Origin: Coraliomargaritaceae bacterium
Lineage (GTDB): Bacteria; Verrucomicrobiota; Verrucomicrobiia; Opitutales; Coraliomargaritaceae
Length of the DNA: 64,000 nucleotides
Reading direction: 5' to 3'
Assembly (NCBI GenBank): GCA_965656495.1
Contig: CBFHKU010000005.1
Coordinates: 102,853 to 166,852 of the forward strand
This document shows, one piece after another, positions 46,082-56,412 of this stretch; positions within the stretch are counted from its first letter, which is position 1, and every line of letters starts with the position of its first letter. The position numbers and the translations under genes are program-made. The notes beneath the pieces were generated by a model. The model made no database searches and had not been told where the DNA came from. It saw only the letters and a list, made by a program, of their open reading frames with translations.

Positions 46082-46834
46082 TCAGCTTTTGCGCAGGCCG
46101 ATCAGGTATTCCAAATTGCCGTCCGTTCCTTTGATGGGTGATTCCATTGAGCCGATCAGTTCCGCTCCTTTGAGTTCGCGCAGGGCGAAGGCGGTGATAC
46201 CTTCGAGGATGCGGGTTTGAATGGCGGGGTCCCGAATAATGCCACGTCCCGCATCGACCTCGGATTTCTCGGCTTCAAACTGCGGCTTCACGAGGGCGAT
46301 GAGACAACCGCCGGATTCGCAAAAGGGCCAAACTGCCGGAAGCACCTTGGTGAGGGAAATAAAGGAGAGATCCATCACGATACGGGGGTAGTGCTCGCGG
46401 GGGAGATCGCCGGGTTTGAGATGGCGGGCATTGGTCTTTTCAAGGTTCGTAACCCGGGGGTCCTGCAGAAGTTTATTGTGTAATTGCGCCCGCCCCACGT
46501 CCACGCAGGTGGCGCTCACCGCCCCGCGCTGCAAACTGCAATCCGTGAAGCCGCCGGTCGAGGCGCCCACATCCAACAACTCGCAAGCCTGCATCGATAT
46601 ATTGAAACGATCCAAAAAGCCCTCCAGTTTGTCGCCGCCCCGGCTAACAAAGCGCGGCGCTTGCTCCACCTCCAGCGGCAGGTCAGCAGGCACCGTACGC
46701 CCGGGCTTATCGAGCCGTTCGCTGCTGCTGTGGACCTTGCCCGCGAGGATCAATGCTTTGGCTTGCGAGCGGGAGACCGCCAGGCCGCGCGCCAAAAGCA
46801 ATTCATCGAGCCGAATCTTTTCAGGTGATGCCAT
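46082..46834 (-). CDS. tlyA: TlyA-family rRNA methyltransferase
   Basis: S4 domain [40 protein letters not shown]; likely start is ATG 46834. Confidence 0.95.
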   Translation of the reverse strand: MASPEKIRLDELLLARGLAVSRSQAKALILAGKVHSSSERLDKPGRTVPADLPLEVEQAPRFVSRGGDKLEGFLDRFNISMQACELLDVGASTGGFTDCSLQRGAVSATCVDVGRAQLHNKLLQDPRVTNLEKTNARHLKPGDLPREHYPRIVMDLSFISLTKVLPAVWPFCESGGCLIALVKPQFEAEKSEVDAGRGIIRDPAIQTRILEGITAFALRELKGAELIGSMESPIKGTDGNLEYLIGLRKS

Positions 46835-46914
46835 GAGAATTTCACCCAAAGCCTTGGGTATGGAATGCCCAGCTTGCAAGGTAAAGCGGCTCGCTTTTCA
46901 TCCTTCCCACCGTC

Positions 46915-47244
46915 TTAGCGGTATTCAATTGCTTCCAGCAGCTTATAAATCACCGGTTCATCCCGCATGTAGCGCAAGCGAATCACTTGCCCATGCACTG
47001 CCGCTTTTTCCTGATCCACATAGATCTGCCGGATCGGGCCTTCGGCAAGCGCTCCCTCGCTATTGGTAAACGGCTCAATCCCATAAACCAGCTCAAAGCC
47101 ATAGCGACCGCCTTCCATGAGCTTGACCCCTTCAATCCTTCCATTTGTCGTAATCCAGTCCGAATCCGCGCCATGTTCTACACAGGCAGTGAGCGCCAGT
47201 AATAGTGCCAGGAGGCAGGCGCGCAGACCTTTTTTTGTTTTCAT
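46915..47244 (-). CDS. Hypothetical lipoprotein
   Basis: Basic N-terminus, hydrophobic core and LTAC lipobox; begins 4 nt after the RHH gene stop. Confidence 0.7.
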   Translation of the reverse strand: MKTKKGLRACLLALLLALTACVEHGADSDWITTNGRIEGVKLMEGGRYGFELVYGIEPFTNSEGALAEGPIRQIYVDQEKAAVHGQVIRLRYMRDEPVIYKLLEAIEYR

Positions 47245-47248
47245 GGTA

Positions 47249-47470
47249 TTATTTCATAGATTGAAGGTCCTTTTTTTGAGCGGTCGCCAAGACCTGTTTA
47301 TCCACTTGAACCGAATCTTGCTCCAAATTGATTTGCGACCGAACCAGGTGCTCAATGATGTAGGTGCGTGAGCGATTCGTGAGCTTCGCGATGAGGTCAA
47401 TTCGCGTAACCAAATCCCGTGGGATAGATATTGTAACCGATTGTTTATGCGCTGCTCTTCTATTGGGCAT
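47249..47470 (-). CDS. Ribbon-helix-helix (CopG-like) protein
   Basis: SVTISIPRDLVTRIDLIAKLTNRSRTYIIEHLVR. Confidence 0.8.
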   Translation of the reverse strand: MPNRRAAHKQSVTISIPRDLVTRIDLIAKLTNRSRTYIIEHLVRSQINLEQDSVQVDKQVLATAQKKDLQSMK

Positions 47471-47549
47471 AAGTGTTTATAACTAAAAAATATAAAAAAA
47501 TAAGCAAAAAAACTTGACGGTTAGGTTATGTTACTTATACCTAATAGGT

Positions 47550-47768
47550 ATGACAATCTCAGTCTCACTTCCAGAAGAACTAGTTTGTAAAATAAAAGAA
47601 GCGGCTCAGCGCGATCATCGTTCTATATCCGGGCAGATCGCTTTTTTTTGCGACCGGGGTATGAGTAACATGCTTGAATCTAGGGTGGAAGATCCAAAAG
47701 GCTCGGTTGCTTACGGTAGCAAAAGCAGGAAAGCGGTAAGAGCTAGCAAAGCCAGTTCGAAGAGCTAA
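47550..47768 (+). CDS. Ribbon-helix-helix (Arc-like) protein
   Basis: MTISVSLPEELVCKIKEAAQRDHRSISGQIAF; likely start is ATG 47550. Confidence 0.78.
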   Translation: MTISVSLPEELVCKIKEAAQRDHRSISGQIAFFCDRGMSNMLESRVEDPKGSVAYGSKSRKAVRASKASSKS

Positions 47769-47769
47769 G

Positions 47770-49187
47770 CTCTGTGCCTTGTAGTGCAAAAGGAACCACG
47801 AATGCCGAGGGTGTTGTTCGTTGAAGGTTGTTCGTTGGGATTACTCTTAATCCTACTCTTATTCTTAATCTTAGGAATATCGATAGGGATGTATCACGTG
47901 AAAGCGGCAATCCTGTCGCTTTGCTTGTATGGCTTGGGTTGAAAAGCGACAGGAGTGTCGCTTCTACGCTTCCAACGTTCAACTAACAACTTCCAACCCC
48001 ATAACCACTCTGTGGCCTTGGTGCCTCGGCGGTGAATCAGTTGTTTGGAACCACGAATGGACACGAATCGACACGAATGGGCAGGGGCGGGATTATCCAA
48101 AGTCTTAATCTTAATCATACTCTTATTCTTAATCTTACTCTGAAGAGCATCGAACATCGAACATTGAAACGGGGAGATCGGATTGAATTAAACCACAGAT
48201 TGCGCAGATGGGCGCAGATCAAGGTACCGTTAAAAATCATCTGCGAAAATCTGCGTCATCTGCGGTTCAGAATACTCTTCATCAGGGAAGTTGTTCACCA
48301 CGAAGGCGCGGAGCGCACGGAGTGAAGCTTGGACATTGAAGGGCTTGTATCACGTGGAAGCGGCAATCCTGCCGCTTTGCTTGTACGGCTTGTGCTAGGA
48401 AAGCGACAGGAGTGTCGCTTCCACGTCGGGTTACTGAAAAGCGAAGGAACCACGAAAAACATCGAACATCGAAGGTCCAACATCGAACGTTGAACGCCGC
48501 AGCTCCGTGTCCTCCGCGCCTCTGTAGTGAAAAAGAACCACGAATGGGGAGGGAGTTGTACGTTGTTGGTTGTTAGTTGGGATTACCCTTAATCTTACTC
48601 TCAACAAGAAGGTGGGTTAGGAAATTCGAGAGAGTTGGATATCGTGGAAGCGGCAATCCTGCCGCTTTGCTTGTACGGCTTGGGTTCTAAAGCGACAGGA
48701 GTGTCGCTTCCACGTCGGGTTACTGAAAAGCGAAGGAACCACGAAAAACATCGAACATCGAACTTCCAACATCGAACGTTGAACATCGAACGCCGCAGCT
48801 CCGTGTCCTCCGCGCCCCGTGGTGAAAAAGAACCACGAATGGGGAGGGAGTTGTACGTTGCTGGTTGTTAGTTGGGAATACCCTTACTCTTACTCATAAA
48901 CTTAATCTTACTCTCAACAAGAAGATGGGTTAGGAACTGCGACAGAGTTGGATATCGTGGAAGCGGCAATCCTGCCGCTTTGCCGGTGCTCGGAAAGCGA
49001 CAAGAGTGTCGCTTCCACGTCGGGTGCTTGTAAAGCGACAAGAGTGTCGCTTCTACGTCCGGTTGCTGAAAAGCGACAGGTATGAAAGTGGGAAGGTTGT
49101 GATTACCCTGAGTCTTAATCTTACTCCTACTCTTAATCTTACTCTTAGGAATATCTAAGGTCCGAAGTCCAACGAACAAGCAACAAC
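47770..49187. repeat. Non-coding mosaic array of nested direct and inverted repeat modules, including REP doublets
   Basis: Recurring AACCACGAAT, GTTG(T/C)TGGTTGTTAGTTGG, TCTTA(A/C) hexamers, AACATCG heptamers, GTGGAAGCGGCAATCCTGCCGCTT...AAGCGACAGGAGTGTCGCTTCCAC, and two further inverted pairs. Confidence 0.92.
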
Positions 49188-49196
49188 CCCCAAGAA

Positions 49197-51026
49197 CTAC
49201 TTCCCGGTTTTGGCGAGTTTACGGCGTTTGTTGGCGTCGAGTTCGCGCTTGCGCATTCGCAGGAAATTCGGGGTCGCTTCCACCAGTTCATCCGGCGCGA
49301 TGTATTCAATGGCGCGTTCAAGGGAAAATTTGATGGGTGGGGCGAGTTGAATGCCCTTGTCGGAACCGGAGGCGCGCATGTTGTCGAGTTGCTTGGCTTT
49401 GGCGGGGTTGACCGGCATATCCTCGCGGCGCGGGTTCTCCCCCACGATCATTCCGTTATAAACTTCCTCGCCGGGGCCGATGAAGAGCTTGCCACGGTTC
49501 TGGATCGCATCGAGGGCGTAGGGCATCGCCTTGCCGAGCTCCATGCTCACGAGCGTTCCCGTCAGGCGCGTTGAAATCTCGCCGCAATAAGGGCGGTATT
49601 CTAAAAAGGAATGGCTCATGACCCCGTGGCCGGAAGTCATGGTGACGAGGTCGCTTTCAAATCCAATCAATCCCCGGGTCGAAACTTCCGCTTCGACCGT
49701 GACGCCGGCATTGTGGTGTTCCATGTGGGTGACCTTGCCCTTGCGCTTGGCAAGATTCTCCATAATTCCGCCGAGGTGCTCCTCCGGTGTTTCCACCCAG
49801 ACCTGTTCAAAGGGTTCACAGCGTTTACCGTCGATTTCTTTGTATAAAACTGTCGGGCGCGAGACCAGCACTTCAAAGCCCTCCCGCCGCATCGTTTCCA
49901 CCAATACCGCAATCTGCATCGCACCCCGGGCGTTCACCCGGAATTTCGTCCCCTCGTCGGTATCTTCCACTGAAATCGAAATATTGGACTGCGTTTCGCG
50001 AATCAGGCGTTCCCGAATCTGGCGCGAGGTCACCTTTTTCCCATCCTGACCTGCCAGCGGACCGTTGTTGACCGAAAATTCCATCTGCACCGTTGCAGGG
50101 TCGAGTTCCACAAAGGGCAGCGCTTCTGCGTCTTCATTCAAGGCAAGGGTGTCGCCGATATCGACATCCTCAAATCCCGCCAGGCCTACGATATCACCGG
50201 CCACCGCCTCCGTGACTTCGTCCGTCGCCAGACCGGAGAAGGTTTTCATCTTGGTGATCTTGACGCGTTGACGGCGCCCGTCCTTACGGAGTGCAAAGAT
50301 GCCCTGACCTTGCTTTACCTCGCCGGAGAGCACGCGCCCAATCGCCATGCGGCCCACGTAATCATCCCAATCGATATTGGACACCAGCATACGGAAATCA
50401 CCCGCCTCGATGGTAGGAGGGGGGATGCGCTCCACAATCGTTTCAAAAAGATCCGTCATGTTTTCGCGCGGGCCCTCGGGGCTGCGATCCGCAAAGCCCA
50501 TCTTGGCGGAGGCGTAGAGAAAAGGCGCGTTGAATTGATCATCGTCCGCTTCGAGATCAAGGAACAATTCCAGTACCTTGTCGTGCACCCAATCCGGGCG
50601 TGAAGTGTCGCGGTCGACCTTGTTGATAACGCAAATCGTCTTGAGTCCCGCATCGAGCGCCTTGCGAAGGACCCAGCGCGTCTGCGCCTGTGGTCCGCCC
50701 ACTGCATCGGTCAGAAGTAAAACGCCATCCACCATCTTCATGACACGTTCCACTTCTGCCCCGAAATCCGCGTGCCCAGGAGTATCGACAATATTGATGG
50801 TATAGGTGATCCCGTCCTGCGGGTTTTCCCAGCGCACCGCGGTATTCTTCGCCTTGATTGTGATGCCCTTCTCGCGCTCGAGATCCATGGAGTCCATGGC
50901 ACGTTCCTCGACCTGTTGATTCTCACGAAAGGTGCCGCTCTGTTGCAGGAGGCAATCCACCAAAGTGGTCTTCCCGTGGTCAACGTGAGCAATGATGGCG
51001 ATATTGCGGATGTGTTCAGCGTTCAT
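49197..51026 (-). CDS. typA: Translational GTPase TypA/BipA
   Basis: AHVDHGKTT, EREKGITI, DTPGHADF, NKVD, ETMRREGFE, NMRASGSD. Confidence 0.98.
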   Translation of the reverse strand: MNAEHIRNIAIIAHVDHGKTTLVDCLLQQSGTFRENQQVEERAMDSMDLEREKGITIKAKNTAVRWENPQDGITYTINIVDTPGHADFGAEVERVMKMVDGVLLLTDAVGGPQAQTRWVLRKALDAGLKTICVINKVDRDTSRPDWVHDKVLELFLDLEADDDQFNAPFLYASAKMGFADRSPEGPRENMTDLFETIVERIPPPTIEAGDFRMLVSNIDWDDYVGRMAIGRVLSGEVKQGQGIFALRKDGRRQRVKITKMKTFSGLATDEVTEAVAGDIVGLAGFEDVDIGDTLALNEDAEALPFVELDPATVQMEFSVNNGPLAGQDGKKVTSRQIRERLIRETQSNISISVEDTDEGTKFRVNARGAMQIAVLVETMRREGFEVLVSRPTVLYKEIDGKRCEPFEQVWVETPEEHLGGIMENLAKRKGKVTHMEHHNAGVTVEAEVSTRGLIGFESDLVTMTSGHGVMSHSFLEYRPYCGEISTRLTGTLVSMELGKAMPYALDAIQNRGKLFIGPGEEVYNGMIVGENPRREDMPVNPAKAKQLDNMRASGSDKGIQLAPPIKFSLERAIEYIAPDELVEATPNFLRMRKRELDANKRRKLAKTGK

Positions 51027-51136
51027 GGTCGCGGCGTAAAAATAAAAATCGCCCCGGCGGCAGTGTGCGGCGGGGCGGTCAATTGCACGCCGCGATAAGG
51101 GCGGCGCACGCGCGGGAAGTCAATGCGAAAGGGTTC

Positions 51137-51354
51137 TTTAACGCTGAGCTTGCTTTTATTTTAAACACAGAGGATCGGAGGGGTATTCTTAAACACAGGG
51201 GATTGGAGGGCTTATATTTAAACACGGTGAATAGGCGGGGCCGTGTTCAAGGATGTGGGCTAGGAATCATTGATACTCTGTGTTTATGATTCTGCGCAGG
51301 CTTGGTGTCTTTGATGCTCGGTGTTTGATGTTTGCTCTGCAGCATGGCGTTAAA
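51137..51354. repeat. Nested degenerate palindrome with three TTAAACAC(A/G)G direct repeats
   Basis: TTTAACGC/GCGTTAAA, TAAACACAGAG/CTCTGTGTTTA, AACACGG/CCGTGTT. Confidence 0.7.
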
Positions 51355-51356
51355 TA

Positions 51357-52715
51357 CTACACCGTGTACTGCTCCCCCGGGGTGGGGTCGAGGATCTCGC
51401 TCTCGGGCATGCGCTTGCGGAGTTCTTTACTGAACCATTGGCGAGCCTCGGTATCGCCGTGGGTCAGAACCACCGCCCGCGCTTCGGATTGGACGGCGTA
51501 GTCGGCGAGTTCTTCGCGGTTGGCGTGTCCACTGAGGTCGAATTGCTCGACTGAGGCGCGGATCGGGGCGCGGTATTCGAGGGTGTCGAAATAAAAATGA
51601 GACGCTTCGGGGTCGGCGAGTAGTTTCCCGCCGGGGGTGTCGGGATCATTATAGCCGACGAAGCAGACTCCGTTTTTGGGGTGGGGCAGGAGCGCGGCGG
51701 CGGTTTTATAAGAGGGTGTGTGTTCGACCATCATGCCGCTGCTTAGGAGGTAGATCCCTTTTTTGGGGAGGTCGCGACCGGGACGGAGGTTGAATTCGAG
51801 GGCTTTAACGCGCATGCGTTCGAGCATTTGCAGGTCGAAGTCAATGAGGCGGGTCTTTTTGCGGATTTTATCGAAGTAATTGCAGAGGTCCATGCCGAGA
51901 CCCGCCGCAAAAATAGGGCAACGCGGAAGGCGCCCAAAGTTTCGAGCCTCGTAGATGATCTTGAAGAGTTCCTGCATACGGCCGAGGGCGAAAGTGGGGA
52001 TGAGGCAACTGCCTCCGCGTTCGAGGATCGCGCTGATGGAATCGATGAGGCGGTCGACTTCAGTGGCGCGGGTGGTTTCGGGGCAACGGGCTTTGGCGCC
52101 CCGGGTGGTCTCGAGCACTAGGGTGTCGATTTTTCCGGTGGGGAGGTGGGCGCCGGGGAGGGTGCGTTGCGCTTCGAAGAGGATATCGCCGCTGAAGACG
52201 ATGCGGCGGTGCTTGTAGATAAATTCCACCGCGGCGGCCCCGATGACGTGCCCGGCGGGATGGAGGATGACTTCGATCTGATCCTTGCCCTTGGTGTGGA
52301 TTTCGCTGCGCTCAAAGCGTTGCCCGTAGAGTTGGCGGGAAAAGATGGCGATCTCGCGATGGTGGAAGAGGGGGAGTTCCGGGATGCCGTGTTCCTCGCG
52401 CTGGCGTTTCATGACGTTGACGGAATTGCGCAGCATCCGGGGGGCGAGGAAGGTATTGGGAAGGCTCGTAATGATCGGGGCGTGGGGATTGCGGGCCGCA
52501 ATGAGCGGCATCGAGCCGAGGTGATCGAGGTGGCAATGGGTCAGCACAATGAGATCGATGCTCCGGTCGGCGATGGCGGCGTGGTCGGGGAGGGCGTCTT
52601 TGCCCATCATTTTGGGGTGGAGTCCGGAATCGACTAGAATGTTGAAATCACCGAGGCGGATGAAATGGGAATTGGCTCCGATGCCGCCGTGGCGGTTGAG
52701 GTCGATGAGTTCCAT
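51357..52715 (-). CDS. MBL-fold beta-CASP ribonuclease (YSH1/CPSF-like)
   Basis: THCHLDHLG, AGHVIG, SGD, PTFALGRMQE, SSGM, LSGHA. Confidence 0.92.
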   Translation of the reverse strand: MELIDLNRHGGIGANSHFIRLGDFNILVDSGLHPKMMGKDALPDHAAIADRSIDLIVLTHCHLDHLGSMPLIAARNPHAPIITSLPNTFLAPRMLRNSVNVMKRQREEHGIPELPLFHHREIAIFSRQLYGQRFERSEIHTKGKDQIEVILHPAGHVIGAAAVEFIYKHRRIVFSGDILFEAQRTLPGAHLPTGKIDTLVLETTRGAKARCPETTRATEVDRLIDSISAILERGGSCLIPTFALGRMQELFKIIYEARNFGRLPRCPIFAAGLGMDLCNYFDKIRKKTRLIDFDLQMLERMRVKALEFNLRPGRDLPKKGIYLLSSGMMVEHTPSYKTAAALLPHPKNGVCFVGYNDPDTPGGKLLADPEASHFYFDTLEYRAPIRASVEQFDLSGHANREELADYAVQSEARAVVLTHGDTEARQWFSKELRKRMPESEILDPTPGEQYTV

Positions 52716-52849
52716 GAGTGGAAATTTTTAGCTTCTGGATGGCGTGGCTTGACTTGAGGGCTTACATCTTAGAGCCATGTTTATTACAAAATTGCAACTT
52801 TGCATCGCCATTCGCTAGAAATGCCTTTTTCCTATCTACACAATTACTC

Positions 52850-54760
52850 ATGAGTGACCCTTTGAAGCATGAATGCGGCATTGCGATGATCCGCCTCCTC
52901 AAGCCCCTGTCCTACTATCAGGAAAAATACGGCACACCGCTTTACGGCTTCAATCAACTCTTTCTCTTGATGGAGAAACAGCACAATCGCGGGCAGGATG
53001 GTGCCGGGATCGGTTGTGTAAAACTGGGCGTTGAACCGGGGAACCCCTATATGTTCCGCGACCGCAGCATTAAAAGCAACCCCCTCGCTCGCATCTTTGA
53101 CGGACAACTGGAGGAATACAACCGCTTGATGGCGGCAGGCACCCTGCACCCGGAGTTTCCTGCGACCGTGAAGGAAAACTTCGACTTTGGGGGCGAAATC
53201 CTGCTCGGGCATTTGCGCTACGGCACCTCCGGGGTCTACACTTCCGCAAACTGCCACCCCTTTGTGCGCCAATCGAATTGGCCGACCAAGAACCTCATGT
53301 TGGCGGGCAATTTCACTATTACCAATGAGAAGGAAATCAATAATTCCCTCATTGAACGCGGGCAGCACCCGATCTTTGGTACCGATACGCAGGCGGTCCT
53401 CGAGGCAATCGGCTTCCACCTCGACGAGGCACACGACGCGATCTATCACCGTATGCGCGACACCATGCAGGGCGGGCAGATCCCTGAAGTTATAAGTACC
53501 GACCTCGACCCGGTTCGCATTTTGCGCAAGGCCGCCGCCGACTGGGACGGCGGTTACACCATCGCGGGGCTCATCGGAAACGGGGATTGCTTCGTGATGC
53601 GTGACCCCCGTGGGATTCGCCCCTGTTTCTATTTTCAAAACGAAGAAGTCATCGCCTTCGCTTCCGAACGCGTCGCGCTCATGACGATTTTTAATCAACC
53701 CATTGAGCGGGTCTGCGAATTGGAACCGGGTACCGCCACCGTTATCAAGAACGACGGACGGATTTACTGCGAGCCCTTCACCGAGAAGCAAAAGCTCAGC
53801 CCCTGTTCTTTTGAGCGCATCTATTTCTCGCGCGGCAATGACGCCGACATCTACCGCGAGCGCAAAGCCCTCGGTGCGGCGCTGAAGGATCAAGTCGTCA
53901 AGGCGATCAACAACGATTTCGCCCGCAGCGTCTTCAGTTTTGTTCCCAATACGGCGGAGACCGCCTACCACGGCTTGCTGGAGGGACTCCGTCTCCATCG
54001 CCGTGAGGAGGTCAAGCAAACTCTCCTCGATGCCCAGCGCGATGGAACCCTTACCGAAAAACTGATCGATGACTTGATTATGGGCAACTGGCCCCGGGGC
54101 GAAAAGATCGCCCACAAGGACATCAAGCTCCGCACCTTTATCTCGCAGGAGAAAGGCCGCGCCCAACTGGTTTCGCACGTTTACGACATCACTTATGGCG
54201 TCGTCAAAGAAGGGGACTGCCTCGTCTGTATCGACGATTCCATCGTGCGTGGCACCACCCTTAAGGAATCGATCCTCAACATTCTCAGCCGCACCAAACC
54301 GCGCAAAATCGTGGTGGCATCCACCGCCCCGCAAATTCGCTACCCGGATTGCTACGGGATTGATATGTCCGAGCTCGGGAAATTTATCGCCTTCAAGGCG
54401 GCGGTCGCGCTTCTCGAGGACGACGGGCACAGCGAGCTCCTGCAGGAGGTCTATCAGGAATGCGTCGCGCAATCCAAACTACCGGCTCATCAAATGGTCA
54501 ATTGCGTGCGCCGAATCTACGACCGTTATACCGACCAACAAATCGCCGCCAAGATCGCGGAATTGGTCTACCCTAAAAATGTTGTCTGGACCGGGCAGCT
54601 CGAAATCGAATTTCTAACCGTTGAAAAAATGCGCGCCGCGATTCCCGAGCATAACGGGGATTGGTATTTCACCGGGGAGTATCCAACTCCCGGGGGTTAC
54701 GCCACCTTGAATCGCGCCTTTATCAATTATTACGAAAACAAAGACGGACGCGCCTATTAG
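52850..54760 (+). CDS. purF: Amidophosphoribosyltransferase, long form
   Basis: HECG (Ntn Cys), [46 protein letters not shown]; upstream of purH; likely start is ATG 52850. Confidence 0.9.
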   Translation: MSDPLKHECGIAMIRLLKPLSYYQEKYGTPLYGFNQLFLLMEKQHNRGQDGAGIGCVKLGVEPGNPYMFRDRSIKSNPLARIFDGQLEEYNRLMAAGTLHPEFPATVKENFDFGGEILLGHLRYGTSGVYTSANCHPFVRQSNWPTKNLMLAGNFTITNEKEINNSLIERGQHPIFGTDTQAVLEAIGFHLDEAHDAIYHRMRDTMQGGQIPEVISTDLDPVRILRKAAADWDGGYTIAGLIGNGDCFVMRDPRGIRPCFYFQNEEVIAFASERVALMTIFNQPIERVCELEPGTATVIKNDGRIYCEPFTEKQKLSPCSFERIYFSRGNDADIYRERKALGAALKDQVVKAINNDFARSVFSFVPNTAETAYHGLLEGLRLHRREEVKQTLLDAQRDGTLTEKLIDDLIMGNWPRGEKIAHKDIKLRTFISQEKGRAQLVSHVYDITYGVVKEGDCLVCIDDSIVRGTTLKESILNILSRTKPRKIVVASTAPQIRYPDCYGIDMSELGKFIAFKAAVALLEDDGHSELLQEVYQECVAQSKLPAHQMVNCVRRIYDRYTDQQIAAKIAELVYPKNVVWTGQLEIEFLTVEKMRAAIPEHNGDWYFTGEYPTPGGYATLNRAFINYYENKDGRAY

Positions 54761-54818
54761 CCGGAGCCAGCTGCTCTTCTCAAGCGATGCCGTCACACCT
54801 CGCAAACAATTCCTATTT

Positions 54819-56372
54819 ATGAATAAGACCGCCTTACTCTCCGTAAGTGATAAAACCGGACTCGTGCCCTTCGCACGCGCCCTTGTTGAAACGCATGGTT
54901 ATCGCCTCCTTTCCACCGGTGGAACCGCCAAACTCCTCGAGAGCGAAGGCATCCCCGTGACCGAGGTCAGCGACCACACCGGTTTTCCGGAAATGATGGA
55001 GGGCCGCGTCAAGACCCTGCACCCCAAGATCCACGGGGGTCTCCTCGCGCGGCGCGACAAGGCCGATCATCTCGAAGCCGCCGAAGCACATGGCATCGAC
55101 CTCATCGACCTCGTGGTTGTAAACCTCTATCCCTTTGAAGCGACCGTTGCGAAACCCGACGTCAGTTTCGAACTCGCCATTGAAAACATCGACATCGGTG
55201 GCCCCTCCATGCTGCGCAGTGCCGCCAAGAATCACGCCGCCGTCACGGTGGTGGTGGACGCTGCCGATTACGACCGCGTCCTCGCCGCGATGGCGGACGA
55301 GGCCGCGCTGGCAGACTTGCGCCGCGAGTTGGCACTCAAGGTCTTTGAACGCACTGCAGCCTACGACGGCGCAATTGCCGCCTACTTGCAGGGTCAGGTT
55401 GCCGGTGCCGAGCCCGACCTCGCCGCCATTGCGGGCGTGCCGAATCGCTTCAAGACCGACCTCCCGCAAGCCGCCGCCCTCCGCTACGGTGAAAATCCCC
55501 ACCAGCAGGCCGCGCTCTACGGCAGTTTCTTTGATTGCTTTGACCAGTTACAGGGCAAGGCGCTCAGCTTCAATAACATCATTGATATCACCGCCGCGAC
55601 TTACCTCATCGGGGAATTCCAAAAGCCCACTATCGCGATTCTCAAGCACACCAATCCCTGCGGCGTCGCATCCGCCGATAACCTCGTGACCGCATGGGAG
55701 CAGGCCTTTGCGACCGACCAGCAGGCGCCCTTTGGCGGCATCATTGTCGCGAATCAATCAATCGATGCGGACCTCGCCACCATCATCGCCGGGATTTTCT
55801 GTGAAGTCATCATCGCACCCGATTTCACTCCCGCCGCCCGCGAGATTTTTGACAAGAAAAAGAATCTGCGCCTCATGACCGCGAAGGGGAGCCTTCCCGC
55901 TGATTCCCTTCAGGAAGTCCGTTCGGTGGTCGGGGGCCTGCTCCTTCAGGATCGCGACACCATGCCCGACCGCCCTGGCGATTGGAAGGTCGTCACCAAG
56001 CGCCAACCCACCGAGGAGGAAATGCGCGCGATGGTCTTTGGCTGGAATGTCGTCAAGCATGTTAAATCCAACGCCATTGTTTACGCCGGTTGCGAACGCA
56101 CTCTCGGGGTCGGCGCCGGTCAGATGTCACGGGTCGACAGTTCCAAGATCGCAGTTTGGAAGGCGGGGGAAGCCGGACTTTCCCTCGATGGTTCGGTGGT
56201 TTGCTCCGACGCCTTCTTTCCTTTTGCGGACGGACTCGAAGCCGCCGCCGAAGCGGGTGCGACTGCTGCGATTCAACCGGGTGGTTCGGTGCGCGACGAC
56301 GAAGTCATTGCCGCTGCGGACGCCCGCGACATGGCGATGATCTTTACCGGCAAGCGTCATTTCAAACATTAG
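54819..56372 (+). CDS. purH: Bifunctional AICAR transformylase/IMP cyclohydrolase
   Basis: [44 protein letters not shown]. Confidence 0.98.
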   Translation: MNKTALLSVSDKTGLVPFARALVETHGYRLLSTGGTAKLLESEGIPVTEVSDHTGFPEMMEGRVKTLHPKIHGGLLARRDKADHLEAAEAHGIDLIDLVVVNLYPFEATVAKPDVSFELAIENIDIGGPSMLRSAAKNHAAVTVVVDAADYDRVLAAMADEAALADLRRELALKVFERTAAYDGAIAAYLQGQVAGAEPDLAAIAGVPNRFKTDLPQAAALRYGENPHQQAALYGSFFDCFDQLQGKALSFNNIIDITAATYLIGEFQKPTIAILKHTNPCGVASADNLVTAWEQAFATDQQAPFGGIIVANQSIDADLATIIAGIFCEVIIAPDFTPAAREIFDKKKNLRLMTAKGSLPADSLQEVRSVVGGLLLQDRDTMPDRPGDWKVVTKRQPTEEEMRAMVFGWNVVKHVKSNAIVYAGCERTLGVGAGQMSRVDSSKIAVWKAGEAGLSLDGSVVCSDAFFPFADGLEAAAEAGATAAIQPGGSVRDDEVIAAADARDMAMIFTGKRHFKH

Positions 56373-56412
56373 TGCGGCTTGCCAAGTGCCGCTCCGGCGC
56401 TACACTGTGGGT

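Noticed and set aside
47890..47905. parS-like TGTATCACGTGAAAGC (also near 48346)
   Set aside because: Three mismatches to TGTTTCACGTGAAACA, and it overlaps the REP end, so it is probably coincidental despite parB being in the window
47743..49179. Short ORFs in the mosaic (also 62731-63897)
   Set aside because: The translations simply mirror the repeat modules (for example NIEHRT, LILNL, WKRHSCRF) and show no coding signature
47770..49187. CRISPR array
   Set aside because: Spacing is irregular, the sequences between repeats are themselves repeated rather than unique, and there are no cas genes
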